In this document: piece after piece, positions 1 through 13,259 of the stretch
Layout: the number at the start of each line of letters is the position of its first letter
How positions within the stretch are numbered: the stretch's first letter is position 1
DNA from: Phallusia mammillata
Taxonomy: Eukaryota
Length of the DNA: 64,000 nucleotides
NCBI GenBank assembly: GCA_965637545.1
Contig: OZ281494.1
Coordinates: forward strand, 1,984,001 to 2,048,000
Direction of reading: 5' to 3'
Position numbers and translations under genes: made by a program
The notes under the pieces: generated by a model
What the model saw: only the letters and a program-made list of their open reading frames with translations
Databases searched by the model: none
Told to the model about the DNA's origin: nothing

Positions 1-482
1 TTGTAAAATGATATCGCTTTCTTGTTACGCACTTCCATAAATCTGATGACTTGAAAAAGTAAACCCAAACCAATTGCCTTCTACCATTTGTTCTGTTTCA
101 AACCCTCACAACTAAATGTAAACTACTTTGCTACATAACCATTGGATGTACTGTGGGCTAATTTTTTACCGAAACACCGTACATGCAAATTTATTGTCGT
201 TCATACGTCACAGTGTTAAAACGTGATTTGAGCGATTTAGTGCGTAAGATCTACTTAGTTGCAAAACACCTAAAGTTTCCCGTTTAAGCCGGGTTTCTCA
301 GTTGAAACGTACGGCGTTAAACTTTGCGTAATTATGTTATGAAAGCAACTTGTCTTTCAAAATATCACAAATTAAACACAATGACCGACCTACGCAAAAG
401 CTCGTGTGCAATTGAAACGTGCTTCTAACAAGCAACCATTGGAAATTTCGTGGAGTAGGTTATTGCAACAAGCTAACACGCT

Positions 483-535
483 TCACACGGCATTGTACAC
501 AAATTTCTTTTCATATAATGTATTGGTAGAATGCT
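483..535 (-). pseudogene. Degraded B-type tail relic downstream of A1 (copy at ~10270-10322)
   Basis: STNTLYEKKFVYNAV* matches the B tail end. The flanking 181-330 region matches the sequence downstream of gene B (~13590-13740). Confidence 0.6.
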
Positions 536-1460
536 ATAAAAAGCTTTGCTCGTATGCCACAAGACATTCAGCAATTTTCTCATTGTGGGATATCCCATTT
601 TCTTAAGGGGTGGGTTGCAAATTTTTAATTCAAATTGATTACGAGTAGATGAACATTGACTGATTTATTCGACATTATCCCACACGATCTTTGTCCACAT
701 TGGAACCAAGGAGTACCGTTACTTATTTACTTTATTCGATTTGCTTGAAGCTGAATTTATGGCCAAACTGTTTACTTACCTCAGTGATTCTGTAACTAAA
801 GGTGATTTGCTGTTATCATTTTTTTCGATTTGGCACTTTACTTAATTTCATGGCCATAGCATATCTGGACTATAATTTAAGTGAGTTTTTCTTTTGCATT
901 TGTTGGTGAACAGGGGATGCACCGGGTTCTAAGGGATAATTTAAGGGACCACAGGTCATAAAAGGTGACTTGAAGGCGGGTCCGATCTATGAAAGGTTGA
1001 GAACCAGTAGTCAAACGTATTTAGTTTGGTTGTAACAATGATTGCATTAGTTATAAACAAAATACGATGACGTTATCTATTGCGATGCTATTAAGAACGA
1101 TTTTTTCCAGTTACATTTGAAGGATTTGATGTCATTCACTCTTCTCTATTGTAAATCTATTGAATAGGAATTGTGATTTTATTTTTGTAATAAATGTAAG
1201 TCGTCACAGCAGGTATTGAAAAAGGAAACAAAATAGGATCAACAAGAGTAGTCAACACAATGTACAAACTCAAATATTCATATGTTAGCGTAAATCGTCA
1301 GTTGTATAAGTAGGCTTATGTATGCGTCTTTAATGTCTATTGAACTGAGTCTGAAAAATAGAAACTAAGAAACAAATAGTTTTATAAATGCGTGGTTGAG
1401 AAATTGGATTATTTCGTTTAACTTTCAAATGTGAGAAAACTTTTTGATGACGTAAACACT

Positions 1461-3428
1461 TCAATTACGATAAATTCCATTTACATCTTCGAAAACTGGA
1501 TCAGTTCGTTGGATTGGAACAACATAACCGTCGTCGTTACGTTTTGAAACTGCATTCACATCCACAGAATCTACAAAACATGAAACTAATCAACACTTTT
1601 AACACCGTCAAATAATAAACATTACTTTACCGTGATTCGGCGGTGCTGGTGGAAAATTTGTGTAAGCTTGTTTAGGAGGTGGTTGATCTTGTAGATGTTC
1701 GTTTTGCGTCGAAAGTGAAATCATGGAGTCGTTTCTGTACATATTTCTGGTTTTGAACTAAGGTTGAAAACTTTGCAAATCATTGGGGATTTATATGTGC
1801 AATTTAGAAATGTTTTTATTTAAACTTCTACAAATAGCTAACCGTGTTTTGCTTTTGTTTTTGTAGTTTCGCCACAACAGTAGGATGAGCAGTAAACAAA
1901 ATACTGCAAGAACACCAGCAGCTGATGCTATAACGATGTTATCAGTTGTGGAAAGACCTGCAATAATCAGTAACTAGTATCAGTGTAAGGTTTGTGTTAG
2001 TTTGTGGTTGATGTATAAAACTTGGTAAAAATTAAGTTAAAACACATGTTTGTCATTGTCAGTATTGTGGACTAGTGTTAACTTTAATGTATGTTTTTAT
2101 TGTTACGCTAGATGCCGTCCCTGTAAAGTGACTTCACATGTAGATTGTCCTGGGTTCGAACTCCGTGACGAAAAAAAAGCGCGCATCGTGTTGGGCAGGA
2201 ACTTGGCCGAATGAACCGGCTCGCCTAAATCATGTACAGACATAAAAAAACTTGATCTGGATCTGCTCTGGGTTCAAAAAAATACACCCCACCGCGTCCT
2301 AATAACTGTAATACCTGTTTTGTAATGTATACATATAAGGAAAACATGGCAAGAATCAAAGTGTTTGTAATTTGCTTTATCAACACAGCAATTTTCAGTC
2401 TGAAATTTACTAGCAAAAGCAAGCATTGTTTTGATTGAAACTAAACAGAGTGTCAATACCTGAAGCACAAGCTGTGCCACCGGGAGATGGCGTTTTTCCT
2501 GACATTGTTGTTGCCTGGATCGAGTTGTTTATTAAACCACTACTCGTTTGCCTATCGTACTGAGATGTGCTTGACTCCAAAGCTGCAAATAATATGTTTT
2601 TAACATCAATGGACAACACAATTGTTTTTTTTTACATTGTTATTTATCACAGTCTTTAAAGCTATTATTTATTTCGAAATTAATTACAATTTTGTTTACG
2701 GTTATAGTTATCAACAAATGACAATTTTCAGCTATAATGCTTTGATTCTTGCTGTTCAAATGATAATTGTACCTGGGTTAGGCGTTGTGCTGATTTGTGT
2801 TTGTTTTTCTATTGCTTCACAATCAATAAACTGGTACGACATCACAGCAGAATATAGTATAAAATCGGTTGTAATTATGGGAGGCCACATCACAGATTCT
2901 TGTATGACATTTTTACACAATTCTGGTTTGGTATCTCCAGGTTTGCAGTGCGTCAAATTGGAACCAGACTTCGCAAAAATGCGACAGAAAGGACCCGATA
3001 GCCACCATTTCCTGCCTAAGTCGAGAATTTTTTTGTATTTTGCAAGGTACTTTAGATGATAAAGACATACCTGGGTTATCTGGTGTATAGAAGTTGTAAT
3101 GATTACTAATGGATCCTACACTTGTGGATGTTAAAACCTTAAACACCATCATCAGATTTGTTCGGTTCGGAGGATTGTAATCAAAAACCCAATTGCATTG
3201 CACTGTTGAAAAATCGGAAGCATGTGAAAAATATCCGGAAGTGTTTGAAGTGGGGAGTCGGATGCAATAACTTGATGTGGGACTGAACGAAACTTAAAAT
3301 ACAAGTTTGAAGTAGAGAGGATTTAACTATTCAACGAAATGTTATGCAAATAATAACTTACCACTTGCAATGACGCAAATCGTCACAGCAAAATGCTGGA
3401 CAGTGTTTAAAGCGGTTTTACCTAACAT
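1461..3428 (-). CDS. Receptor family gene A1: 7-exon type I membrane protein (~327 aa), 6-Cys ectodomain, class-A tail
   Basis: Exons 3428-3362, 3292-3071, 3015-2773, 2582-2460, 1957-1843, 1734-1631, 1570-1461, all GT-AG, total 984 nt, open. Leader MLGKTALNTVQHFAVTICVIASVSFS; domain YCIRLPTSNTSGY...CNW...FIDCEA; TM IVIASAAGVLAVFCLLLILLLW; tail ...NDDGYVVPIQRTDPVFEDVNGIYRN*. Confidence 0.85.
2145..2285. repeat. Dispersed SINE-like repeat (also ~8205-8315, ~11932-12070, inverted at ~59270-59385)
   Basis: Shared core ttgggcaggaacttggccgaatg...acagaca-A-run-gatcggga next to a GGTTCGAAC B-box-like motif. Confidence 0.5.
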
Positions 3429-3930
3429 TGGTTAGCTGTGCACTAGAAAATAAAGCAGTGATCATCAAAAACGACCAATCATTGAAGTCGATGGAAGGCA
3501 TACGACCACAACTATCAACATCCCCAAATGTCAACAACAATGAATTTAAAGAAATTAATGCGTAGTAAACATTTTTAGTTTAAACAATAATGACAACTCG
3601 GTAACAATAAATAATACTTCATATTACACATAATAAAAATGTTTTGGAGGTAGAAACATACAACTTTTTAGTTTGATCTTTTTTTTATTTAAAATTGTGA
3701 TTTTAACAATGTTAAACACAAAGTGGAAAGTCAACTAAATTATTATCTTAGTGTAAATAATAAGTTGCAACAGCAAGTGTATTTTTTAAATTGTTCTTAA
3801 ACGGAAGCTTTATTATGCAGAACTTGAGAAAATTTGAGAAAATACAAATTCAGGCGTAAAATACGATCTTGAGAAATTTTGTTGTTTTGTTTGTACTCGG
3901 CTTAGCAAACTCTGGGGCCAATATAACACT

Positions 3931-5935
3931 TCAATTACGAGACAATCCATTTAAATCTTCGTAAAGTGGAGCAGATCGTTGGATTGGAACAAGATATCCG
4001 TCGTCGTTGGGTTTTGCAGCAACGACCACATCGACATATTCTACAAAACATAAAACCCATCACTGTTAAAACCTGGAAACAATAAACAGCACTTTTACCA
4101 TGTTGATCTGGATGAAAGCTTGGATTTTGTTGATCTTGTAGTTGATCGTTTTGTGTCGTTAGTGAGATCATCGAGCCGTTACTGAAAAAAATGATTGTTT
4201 TAAAGCTGGGTCACTACTTTCCAAACACTTGAGGGGTTTAAACTGTTTGTTTTAGAAAAACGTTTCACTTGTAATGCGTATAAAATCTCCCACATAAAAA
4301 ACAACTTGTCCCACTCAATATACGGAGAGGTTTTGTTTACTTGCTAGTAACATTATGACAACAAACCTGGATTTGATCTTGTTTCGACACAATAGTATGA
4401 TGAGCAGTAAACAAAATACGGCAAACACAGCAGCAGCTGATGCTATAACGATGGTATCAGTCGTAGAAAGACCTGAAACTATTAATAACTGTGGAAATGA
4501 CAGTGTGATATTTGTGTTAATCTATGGTTAATTCATATGATTTTTCAACGATAATAATGTAAAAAAAACTATGTTATAGCATTATTTGTCGTCTACACTG
4601 TTGTTGACGTAAGCTAATTTGTTATTTTAATATGCGTTTGGTTACAAAGTATTAGTATCAGAAAAATGTAGCAACCATAGTGTTTGTAACTTGCTTTATC
4701 AACACAGCAGTTATCACAATGATTCAAGTCCGAAAATAGAGTGCCAATACCTGAGACGCAAGCTGCGCTACCAGGAAGTGACGTTGTTCCTGTTTGCACT
4801 GAGTTGGTGATGTTGGATGTGTTTGGTATCAAGATATCTGCACGAACAAAATATGTTAAAACAAGATCAATTAAGACAATCAATTAGCAGTCCGAATCTT
4901 ATTCTGACTAAGTCGTTTTTCATTTACCACTCATTCATAAAACCCAAATAATTTACAGTTTGTTTAATGATAATTATCGCGCAAGTCGCCAAGATGGTTG
5001 GCGCAACCGCCTTGTGTTCACAAAGTTGTGGTTTCTGATCGTGGTCGCGAGCTGCATTGCTCCTGCCTAGTAGTATCCGACGGGTTGGACTGAATTAAAT
5101 TGAAAAAAAATCAAACAAAAACGGATTTAACGGACTTGCGATAAAACAGGCGCATGACGCATTCGGGCGTTGCACGCCTACCGAAGATAAAAGACGAAAA
5201 AACAAACAAATCTTAATACACAGCAATGCTTTGCCTCTTGTTAAAATAAATATCTCACCCAGGGTCAACGCCGTGCTGGTTCTCTTCTCAGTCACATTTG
5301 CTTCACAATCAATAAACTGGTATGACATCACAGCAGAGAAAGCTGCAAAGCTGGTTTTTAATATGGGAGGCCACATCACAGATTCTTGTATGACATTTTC
5401 ACACAAGTCTGGTCTCTTATCTCCAGGTTTGCAGTTCTTCAAGCTGGAACCAGACTTTACATAAATACGACAGAATGAACCTTTCAGCCACCACTTTCTG
5501 CCTATGATGAGAAAATAGTCATAATGTTTTTATGCCGACCTAAGGTACCTAATTTATCTGCTATGTACCTGGATTATCTGGTGTATAAAAGTCATACTTA
5601 AGATTAAACAAACCAACAGTGCCCGATTGCAAAACCCTAAACACCATCATAAGATTGGTTCTGTTGGGAGGATTGTAATCAAAAACCCAGTTGCATTGCT
5701 CTGTTAAAATATCGGAAGCATGGACGAAATATCCTGAACTGTTCGAGGTTGGAAGTTGGATGCAATAACCCGATGCAAGGCCAAATGAAACTGAAACACA
5801 AATATAAAGAAAAAAAGTTTAAAATATAAAACAACGATTTGGAATGCTAAATAAGTATGACTTACCACTTGTAGTAATGCAAATAGTCACAGCAAACATC
5901 TGAACAGTGTTTAAAACGGATTTGGGTGACATCAT
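3931..5935 (-). CDS. Receptor family gene A2, intact, class-A tail
   Basis: Exons 5935-5866, 5790-5569, 5501-5259, 4837-4751, 4472-4367, 4181-4099, 4040-3931. Domain exons are 222/243 nt as in A1. TM IVIASAAAVFAVFCLLLIILLC; tail HEYVDVVVAAKPNDDGYLVPIQRSAPLYEDLNGLSRN*. Confidence 0.85.
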
Positions 5936-6828
5936 TTTTTCAGTGCACTAGATATATATATATTCTTACAAGCGTCTAACCCTCCAAGGAATGACAAAAA
6001 CAACTTTAAAGAAACAGTACGTGTAATCGACTTATTTTTCAGAGACTGGAATGAAGTTGAATTGTAAATTCAAACTTTGTGACCTTGGTGAATCGAGAGA
6101 CATACCCCCGCATAAAATCGCAGAGACCTATCCTCAATCTGTTCTTTGCCAACCCTCACTAGACAATGTTAATCACTTGTACACCAAGGTTCCTTGGGTG
6201 CAAGTTGATTACCGTTCGTACGTCATTGTGTTAAAACGTGTCGTGAACGATTTGGTGCACAAGGTGGTGTCAGTTCAAAACGTTTACAGTTTCCGTTATA
6301 AGCCCTGATTCTGCGAAATGATTTGAGTCTGATCGGGTAAAAACAAGCTAGACCCATTCTAGTATATGCAGTTTTGGAAAGAACAATTTGCAGCTTATCA
6401 ACCAACATCAATCGTTCAGAAATTTCTGGCTTATAGCAAATATATTACTTACCTTCACATTACAGTCAGAATAATAAAGAACCAAGAAAATGTGGATTGT
6501 AAAGGATGCTAGAAGTTTAACCCCTTAACAAACTGTGGATAAAAACAAAACAAAAATAACTCCCGCGGCTGAAACCTCCAGTTCCTTAATCCAAACGCGA
6601 CAAACTTTTCGTCTAACGAGGATTTGAATATACCCAAATCTAAAGTGTTTCGTCAATTATGTGTTTGGATTGGAAGTGTAAACACTGTAACCGTCTAGGG
6701 AAGTGCAAGTCATCCTTAGCAATCGCAAGTAGTGCAGAAGTTAATACCATGACGAACAAATGTACAATTTAAAAGTGCTTCAAACAAGCAGGGTTGTTCA
6801 TATGGTTGGAGTAGGTTATTGTAATAGG

Positions 6829-6985
6829 CTAATATGCCTTATACACGGCATTGTACACAACTTCCTTTTCAGATGATGGATCGGTAGACTGGTAAGGTTC
6901 GTTGACCACAATTTCCCTACTCGGCGGTTGCGAAGTGTTTGGTGATGGCGTGTTCAGGGACTTTTTGGGTGCTTACGATTTATGT
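6829..6985 (-). pseudogene. Orphan B-type cytoplasmic tail exon downstream of A3
   Basis: Translates ...REIVVNEPYQSTDPSSEKEVVYNAVYKAY*, homologous to 14008-13858. The acceptor AG is lost (acacat vs acacag). Confidence 0.75.
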
Positions 6986-7608
6986 GTTAAAAAACATTTT
7001 AAACATAGTGCTTAGGATCTCATTTAAAAAGCGTGATATGCATGTGTACTTTGTATTTTAACAAATTTGACTTTTCGTGCCTACCTACCAAGTTGCTTTG
7101 AATAGTTGCCAGAAAAACCTAAATTTCGCTGATTATTCTGCACTGTCACCTTCTAGTAATAGTGAATTGTCAGTTCGATAATTCACAGTCAACACAATTT
7201 AAATCTACCTTTCAGGATCGGCAAATCGATGTTTGCTTAATGCATTTAAAATAGTTGGTCAAAACAATGATTGCATTCGTTTACAATAAAATTGTTGTTT
7301 TAAAAATAGAGTTGATAATAAACAGTTTAATGTTTTTGTGTCATTTTTTCTACCATTCAATCGATGAGATTTTGTAACGTGATAACGTTAGCAACAGAAA
7401 CAATAGGAAACTCTGAGATAATATGATTTTAGTGTAGCTTCTTAATTGCAGGAGTAGGTTTTGGTATGCTTGTATTAATTATACTGAAACAGAAAAAAAC
7501 AATGAGTTTTTAAAATCCGGTTTCGAGAAATTGAGTTATTTGTTTGAACTCGGCTTTGCAGAGAAAATCTTCAATTCTTCGATATTCATGCAGTACTTCC
7601 ATAGTTCT

Positions 7609-9623
7609 TCAATTTCGATTAATTCCATTCAAATCTTCGTAAAGTGGAACAGGTTGTTTGATTGGAACAAGATAACCGTCGTCGTCGGGTTTCGAAACTA
7701 CATCCACATTAACAGAATCTACAAAACATAAAACTCATTATCTATCTTGACATAATTAAAGGATAAATATTAACTTACTTTTACTCTGCTTTGGTGTTGC
7801 TGGTGGAAAATTTGTGTAAACTTGTTTCGGAGGTTGTTGATATTGTAGTTGATTGTTTTGTGTCGAAAGTGATATCATGGAGCCAATTCTAAGCGTAGTT
7901 ATGCTTTTAAACTAAGGTCAAAACTTGACAATTCCTCGGAGGTTTAAAGCGTGTATTTAAGAAAGCTTTCAAATTAACTAGGACGAAAATCAACTACAAA
8001 CCTTGCTTTATGTTTGTTTTTCCAGTTTCGCCACAATAATATGATGAGCAGCAGACAAAATACTGCCAGCACAGCAGCAGCTATTGCTATAACGATGGTA
8101 TTAGTTGTGGAAAAACCTGAAATAATGTCTTTGTGGTAACTGTAATTTATGTATTTACTATTGCGCTAGATGTCGTCCCTGTGTTATGACGACAATTGCT
8201 GTAGCGCACAGGGAAACTTGGCCAAATGGTCCAGCGCGCCTGACCCAAATACAGACACAAAAAAACTGATCGGGATTCGTCCCTGAGAGTAACCTGGGTT
8301 CGAACCCCGTGAAAAAAAACCAACAAAAACACGGTCGGTGAGTTCATGACACTAACTTCCCAGCATTTGTAACATCTGTTTGTAGCGTATGCTTACCAGG
8401 GAAATGTTGCAACATTTTAAGTGTATGTAACTTGCTTTATCAACTCTTTTCCGCAAAACAAATCTTTTTCGGCTTGAAACCAATAGAGTGTCAGTACCTG
8501 AAATGCAAGCTGTGCTGCCGTAAGATGACGTTTTTCCTGACATTGTTGTTGCCTGAAATAGGTTCGTGGTGTTTAGCAAACCACTACTCGTTTGCTTATC
8601 GTACTGAGATGTGCTTGTCTCCAAAACTGCAATTGGAATGAAATATGCTATACAATATCATACGCTATCGTCACCAGCTGCTCTGATGAAATCTTATAGG
8701 TCCAAACAGTGTGTACTGTTAGCAGCTTATGTTCTGGTACGATTGTTTTATATTTATACAACATATATGGGGAAAAAGATTTAATTCTATTGTAACTAAA
8801 TCTTTTTTTACCACAACAAGCAGCAATTTTTTTTAATACCAAACAATTTCGTTTTCAGTCTTAGTGTTCAACACAGCACAGTTTTTAGCTATAATGCTTT
8901 GAATCTTGCTGTTCAAATAAATATAGTACCTGGGTTAGCCGTTGTGCTGGTTGTATTTTCTTTGCCATTTGCTTCACAATCAATAAACTGGTATGACATC
9001 ACAGCAGAATATTGTGCAAATTCGGTTTTGATCATGGGAGGCCACATTACAGATTCTTGTATAATATTTTCACACAAGTCTGGTCTCTTATCTCCAGGTT
9101 TGCAGTTCGTCACATTGGAACCAGACTTCAAATAAATACGACAGAAAGAACCCGATTGCCACCATTTTCTGCCTAAGTCGAGAAATTAATCAACTTTTTT
9201 TGTATTCCACGTGTTTAAGGTTTCAGAATCAGTCACGTGTTTTATGACTTACCTGGATTATCCGGTGTGTAAAAGTTGTAATGATGTGCACCAAATCCAA
9301 CAGTGCCAGATTTTGAAACCTTAAACATCATCAGAAGATTTGTTCGGTTTGTAGGATTGTAATCAAATTCCCAATTACATTCCTCTCCTGAATAATCGGC
9401 AGCATGTACTAAATGTCCTGACTGTTCGAAGTTGGAAGTTGAATGCAATAACTTGATGCAAAGCCGAAAGAAACTAAGTCGCCGACATAACAAAGTAAAG
9501 TTTTGAACAGATTAAACGATTTGTTATGCAATATATGCAATAAAATCATGACTTACCGAATGTAATGACGCAAATCGTTACAACAGAATGCCTAAGAGTG
9601 TTTAAACCGCCTTTTCGCAACAT
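7609..9623 (-). pseudogene. Receptor family gene A3, 1-nt deletion in exon 2
   Basis: Exons 9623-9557, 9473-9253 (221 nt vs 222 in paralogues), 9172-8930, 8626-8498, 8116-8002, 7888-7785, 7718-7609. A missing base near 9420 gives TAG at 9409-9411. All other exons are intact; tail DDDGYLVPIKQPVPLYEDL. A sequencing error is possible. Confidence 0.75.
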
Positions 9624-9787
9624 TGTTTAGCCGTGCACAAAGAATAAATACCTGCAAGTTTGAATGTTAGTAAAACGAGTGAGGAGAAAACTTATGTCTA
9701 ATAAATGATGTGGTGGTCTTATGTACAAACCTGTGACTGCCTTATAACGAAATGTTACACTTTCCCACCAATGCAACTGACGTTTAG

Positions 9788-12700
9788 TTGTAAAATGATA
9801 TCGCTTTCTTGTTACGCACTTCCATAAATCTGATGACTTGAAAAAGTAAACCCAAACCAATTGCCTTCTACCATTTGTTCTGTTTCAAACCCTCACAACT
9901 AAATGTAAACTACTTTGCTACATAACCATTGGATGTACTGTGGGCTAATTTTTTACCGAAACACCGTACATGCAAATTTATTGTCGTTCATACGTCACAG
10001 TGTTAAAACGTGATTTGAGCGATTTAGTGCGTAAGATCTACTTAGTTGCAAAACACCTAAAGTTTCCCGTTTAAGCCGGGTTTCTCAGTTGAAACGTACG
10101 GCGTTAAACTTTGCGTAATTATGTTATGAAAGCAACTTGTCTTTCAAAATATCACAAATTAAACACAATGACCGACCTACGCAAAAGCTCGTGTGCAATT
10201 GAAACGTGCTTCTAACAAGCAACCATTGGAAATTTCGTGGAGTAGGTTATTGCAACAAGCTAACACGCTTCACACGGCATTGTACACAAATTTCTTTTCA
10301 TATAATGTATTGGTAGAATGCTATAAAAAGCTTTGCTCGTATGCCACAAGACATTCAGCAATTTTCTCATTGTGGGATATCCCATTTTCTTAAGGGGTGG
10401 GTTGCAAATTTTTAATTCAAATTGATTACGAGTAGATGAACATTGACTGATTTATTCGACATTATCCCACACGATCTTTGTCCACATTGGAACCAAGGAG
10501 TACCGTTACTTATTTACTTTATTCGATTTGCTTGAAGCTGAATTTATGGCCAAACTGTTTACTTACCTCAGTGATTCTGTAACTAAAGGTGATTTGCTGT
10601 TATCATTTTTTTCGATTTGGCACTTTACTTAATTTCATGGCCATAGCATATCTGGACTATAATTTAAGTGAGTTTTTCTTTTGCATTTGTTGGTGAACAG
10701 GGGATGCACCGGGTTCTAAGGGATAATTTAAGGGACCACAGGTCATAAAAGGTGACTTGAAGGCGGGTCCGATCTATGAAAGGTTGAGAACCAGTAGTCA
10801 AACGTATTTAGTTTGGTTGTAACAATGATTGCATTAGTTATAAACAAAATACGATGACGTTATCTATTGCGATGCTATTAAGAACGATTTTTTCCAGTTA
10901 CATTTGAAGGATTTGATGTCATTCACTCTTCTCTATTGTAAATCTATTGAATAGGAATTGTGATTTTATTTTTGTAATAAATGTAAGTCGTCACAGCAGG
11001 TATTGAAAAAGGAAACAAAATAGGATCAACAAGAGTAGTCAACACAATGTACAAACTCAAATATTCATATGTTAGCGTAAATCGTCAGTTGTATAAGTAG
11101 GCTTATGTATGCGTCTTTAATGTCTATTGAACTGAGTCTGAAAAATAGAAACTAAGAAACAAATAGTTTTATAAATGCGTGGTTGAGAAATTGGATTATT
11201 TCGTTTAACTTTCAAATGTGAGAAAACTTTTTGATGACGTAAACACTTCAATTACGATAAATTCCATTTACATCTTCGAAAACTGGATCAGTTCGTTGGA
11301 TTGGAACAACATAACCGTCGTCGTTACGTTTTGAAACTGCATTCACATCCACAGAATCTACAAAACATGAAACTAATCAACACTTTTAACACCGTCAAAT
11401 AATAAACATTACTTTACCGTGATTCGGCGGTGCTGGTGGAAAATTTGTGTAAGCTTGTTTAGGAGGTGGTTGATCTTGTAGATGTTCGTTTTGCGTCGAA
11501 AGTGAAATCATGGAGTCGTTTCTGTACATATTTCTGGTTTTGAACTAAGGTTGAAAACTTTGCAAATCATTGGGGATTTATATGTGCAATTTAGAAATGT
11601 TTTTATTTAAACTTCTACAAATAGCTAACCGTGTTTTGCTTTTGTTTTTGTAGTTTCGCCACAACAGTAGGATGAGCAGTAAACAAAATACTGCAAGAAC
11701 ACCAGCAGCTGATGCTATAACGATGTTATCAGTTGTGGAAAGACCTGCAATAATCAGTAACTAGTATCAGTGTAAGGTTTGTGTTAGTTTGTGGTTGATG
11801 TATAAAACTTGGTAAAAATTAAGTTAAAACACATGTTTGTCATTGTCAGTATTGTGGACTAGTGTTAACTTTAATGTATGTTTTTATTGTTACGCTAGAT
11901 GCCGTCCCTGTAAAGTGACTTCACATGTAGATTGTCCTGGGTTCGAACTCCGTGACGAAAAAAAAGCGCGCATCGTGTTGGGCAGGAACTTGGCCGAATG
12001 AACCGGCTCGCCTAAATCATGTACAGACATAAAAAAACTTGATCTGGATCTGCTCTGGGTTCAAAAAAATACACCCCACCGCGTCCTAATAACTGTAATA
12101 CCTGTTTTGTAATGTATACATATAAGGAAAACATGGCAAGAATCAAAGTGTTTGTAATTTGCTTTATCAACACAGCAATTTTCAGTCTGAAATTTACTAG
12201 CAAAAGCAAGCATTGTTTTGATTGAAACTAAACAGAGTGTCAATACCTGAAGCACAAGCTGTGCCACCGGGAGATGGCGTTTTTCCTGACATTGTTGTTG
12301 CCTGGATCGAGTTGTTTATTAAACCACTACTCGTTTGCCTATCGTACTGAGATGTGCTTGACTCCAAAGCTGCAAATAATATGTTTTTAACATCAATGGA
12401 CAACACAATTGTTTTTTTTTACATTGTTATTTATCACAGTCTTTAAAGCTATTATTTATTTCGAAATTAATTACAATTTTGTTTACGGTTATAGTTATCA
12501 ACAAATGACAATTTTCAGCTATAATGCTTTGATTCTTGCTGTTCAAATGATAATTGTACCTGGGTTAGGCGTTGTGCTGATTTGTGTTTGTTTTTCTATT
12601 GCTTCACAATCAATAAACTGGTACGACATCACAGCAGAATATAGTATAAAATCGGTTGTAATTATGGGAGGCCACATCACAGATTCTTGTATGACATTTT

Positions 12701-13259
12701 TACACAATTCTGGTTTGGTATCTCCAGGTTTGCAGTGCGTCAAATTGGAACCAGACTTCGCAAAAATGCGACAGAAAGGACCCGATAGCCACCATTTCCT
12801 GCCTAAGTCGAGAATTTTTTTGTATTTTGCAAGGTACTTTAGATGATAAAGACATACCTGGGTTATCTGGTGTATAGAAGTTGTAATGATTACTAATGGA
12901 TCCTACACTTGTGGATGTTAAAACCTTAAACACCATCATCAGATTTGTTCGGTTCGGAGGATTGTAATCAAAAACCCAATTGCATTGCACTGTTGAAAAA
13001 TCGGAAGCATGTGAAAAATATCCGGAAGTGTTTGAAGTGGGGAGTCGGATGCAATAACTTGATGTGGGACTGAACGAAACTTAAAATACAAGTTTGAAGT
13101 AGAGAGGATTTAACTATTCAACGAAATGTTATGCAAATAATAACTTACCACTTGCAATGACGCAAATCGTCACAGCAAAATGCTGGACAGTGTTTAAAGC
13201 GGTTTTACCTAACATTGGTTAGCTGTGCACTAGAAAATAAAGCAGTGATCATCAAAAAC
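9788..13259. repeat. Second copy of 1-3472
   Basis: Same sequence and identical ORF translations. Confidence 0.9.
11248..13215 (-). CDS. Receptor family gene A1', apparently identical copy of A1
   Basis: Same sequence as 1461-3428 at offset +9787; ORF-track peptides are identical. Confidence 0.8.

Larger units (their letters stand above)
1..3472. repeat. Apparently exact duplicate of 9788-13259
   Basis: Constant offset of 9787; identity ends at gatcatcaaaaac (3472/13259) and runs off the left window edge. Confidence 0.9.

Noticed and set aside
2622-3059. 145-aa plus-strand ORF and similar ...FASQSINWYDITAE... ORFs (5231, 8899, 12409, 24216, 27666, 31636)
   Set aside because: Antisense shadows of receptor exon 3; splice signals and conserved Cys/Trp are on the minus strand
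3931-4000. Canonical ITAM in the class-A tail
   Set aside because: The first motif is YLVP (YxxP), not YxxL/I; it is only ITAM/hemITAM-reminiscent (DDGY...YEDL)
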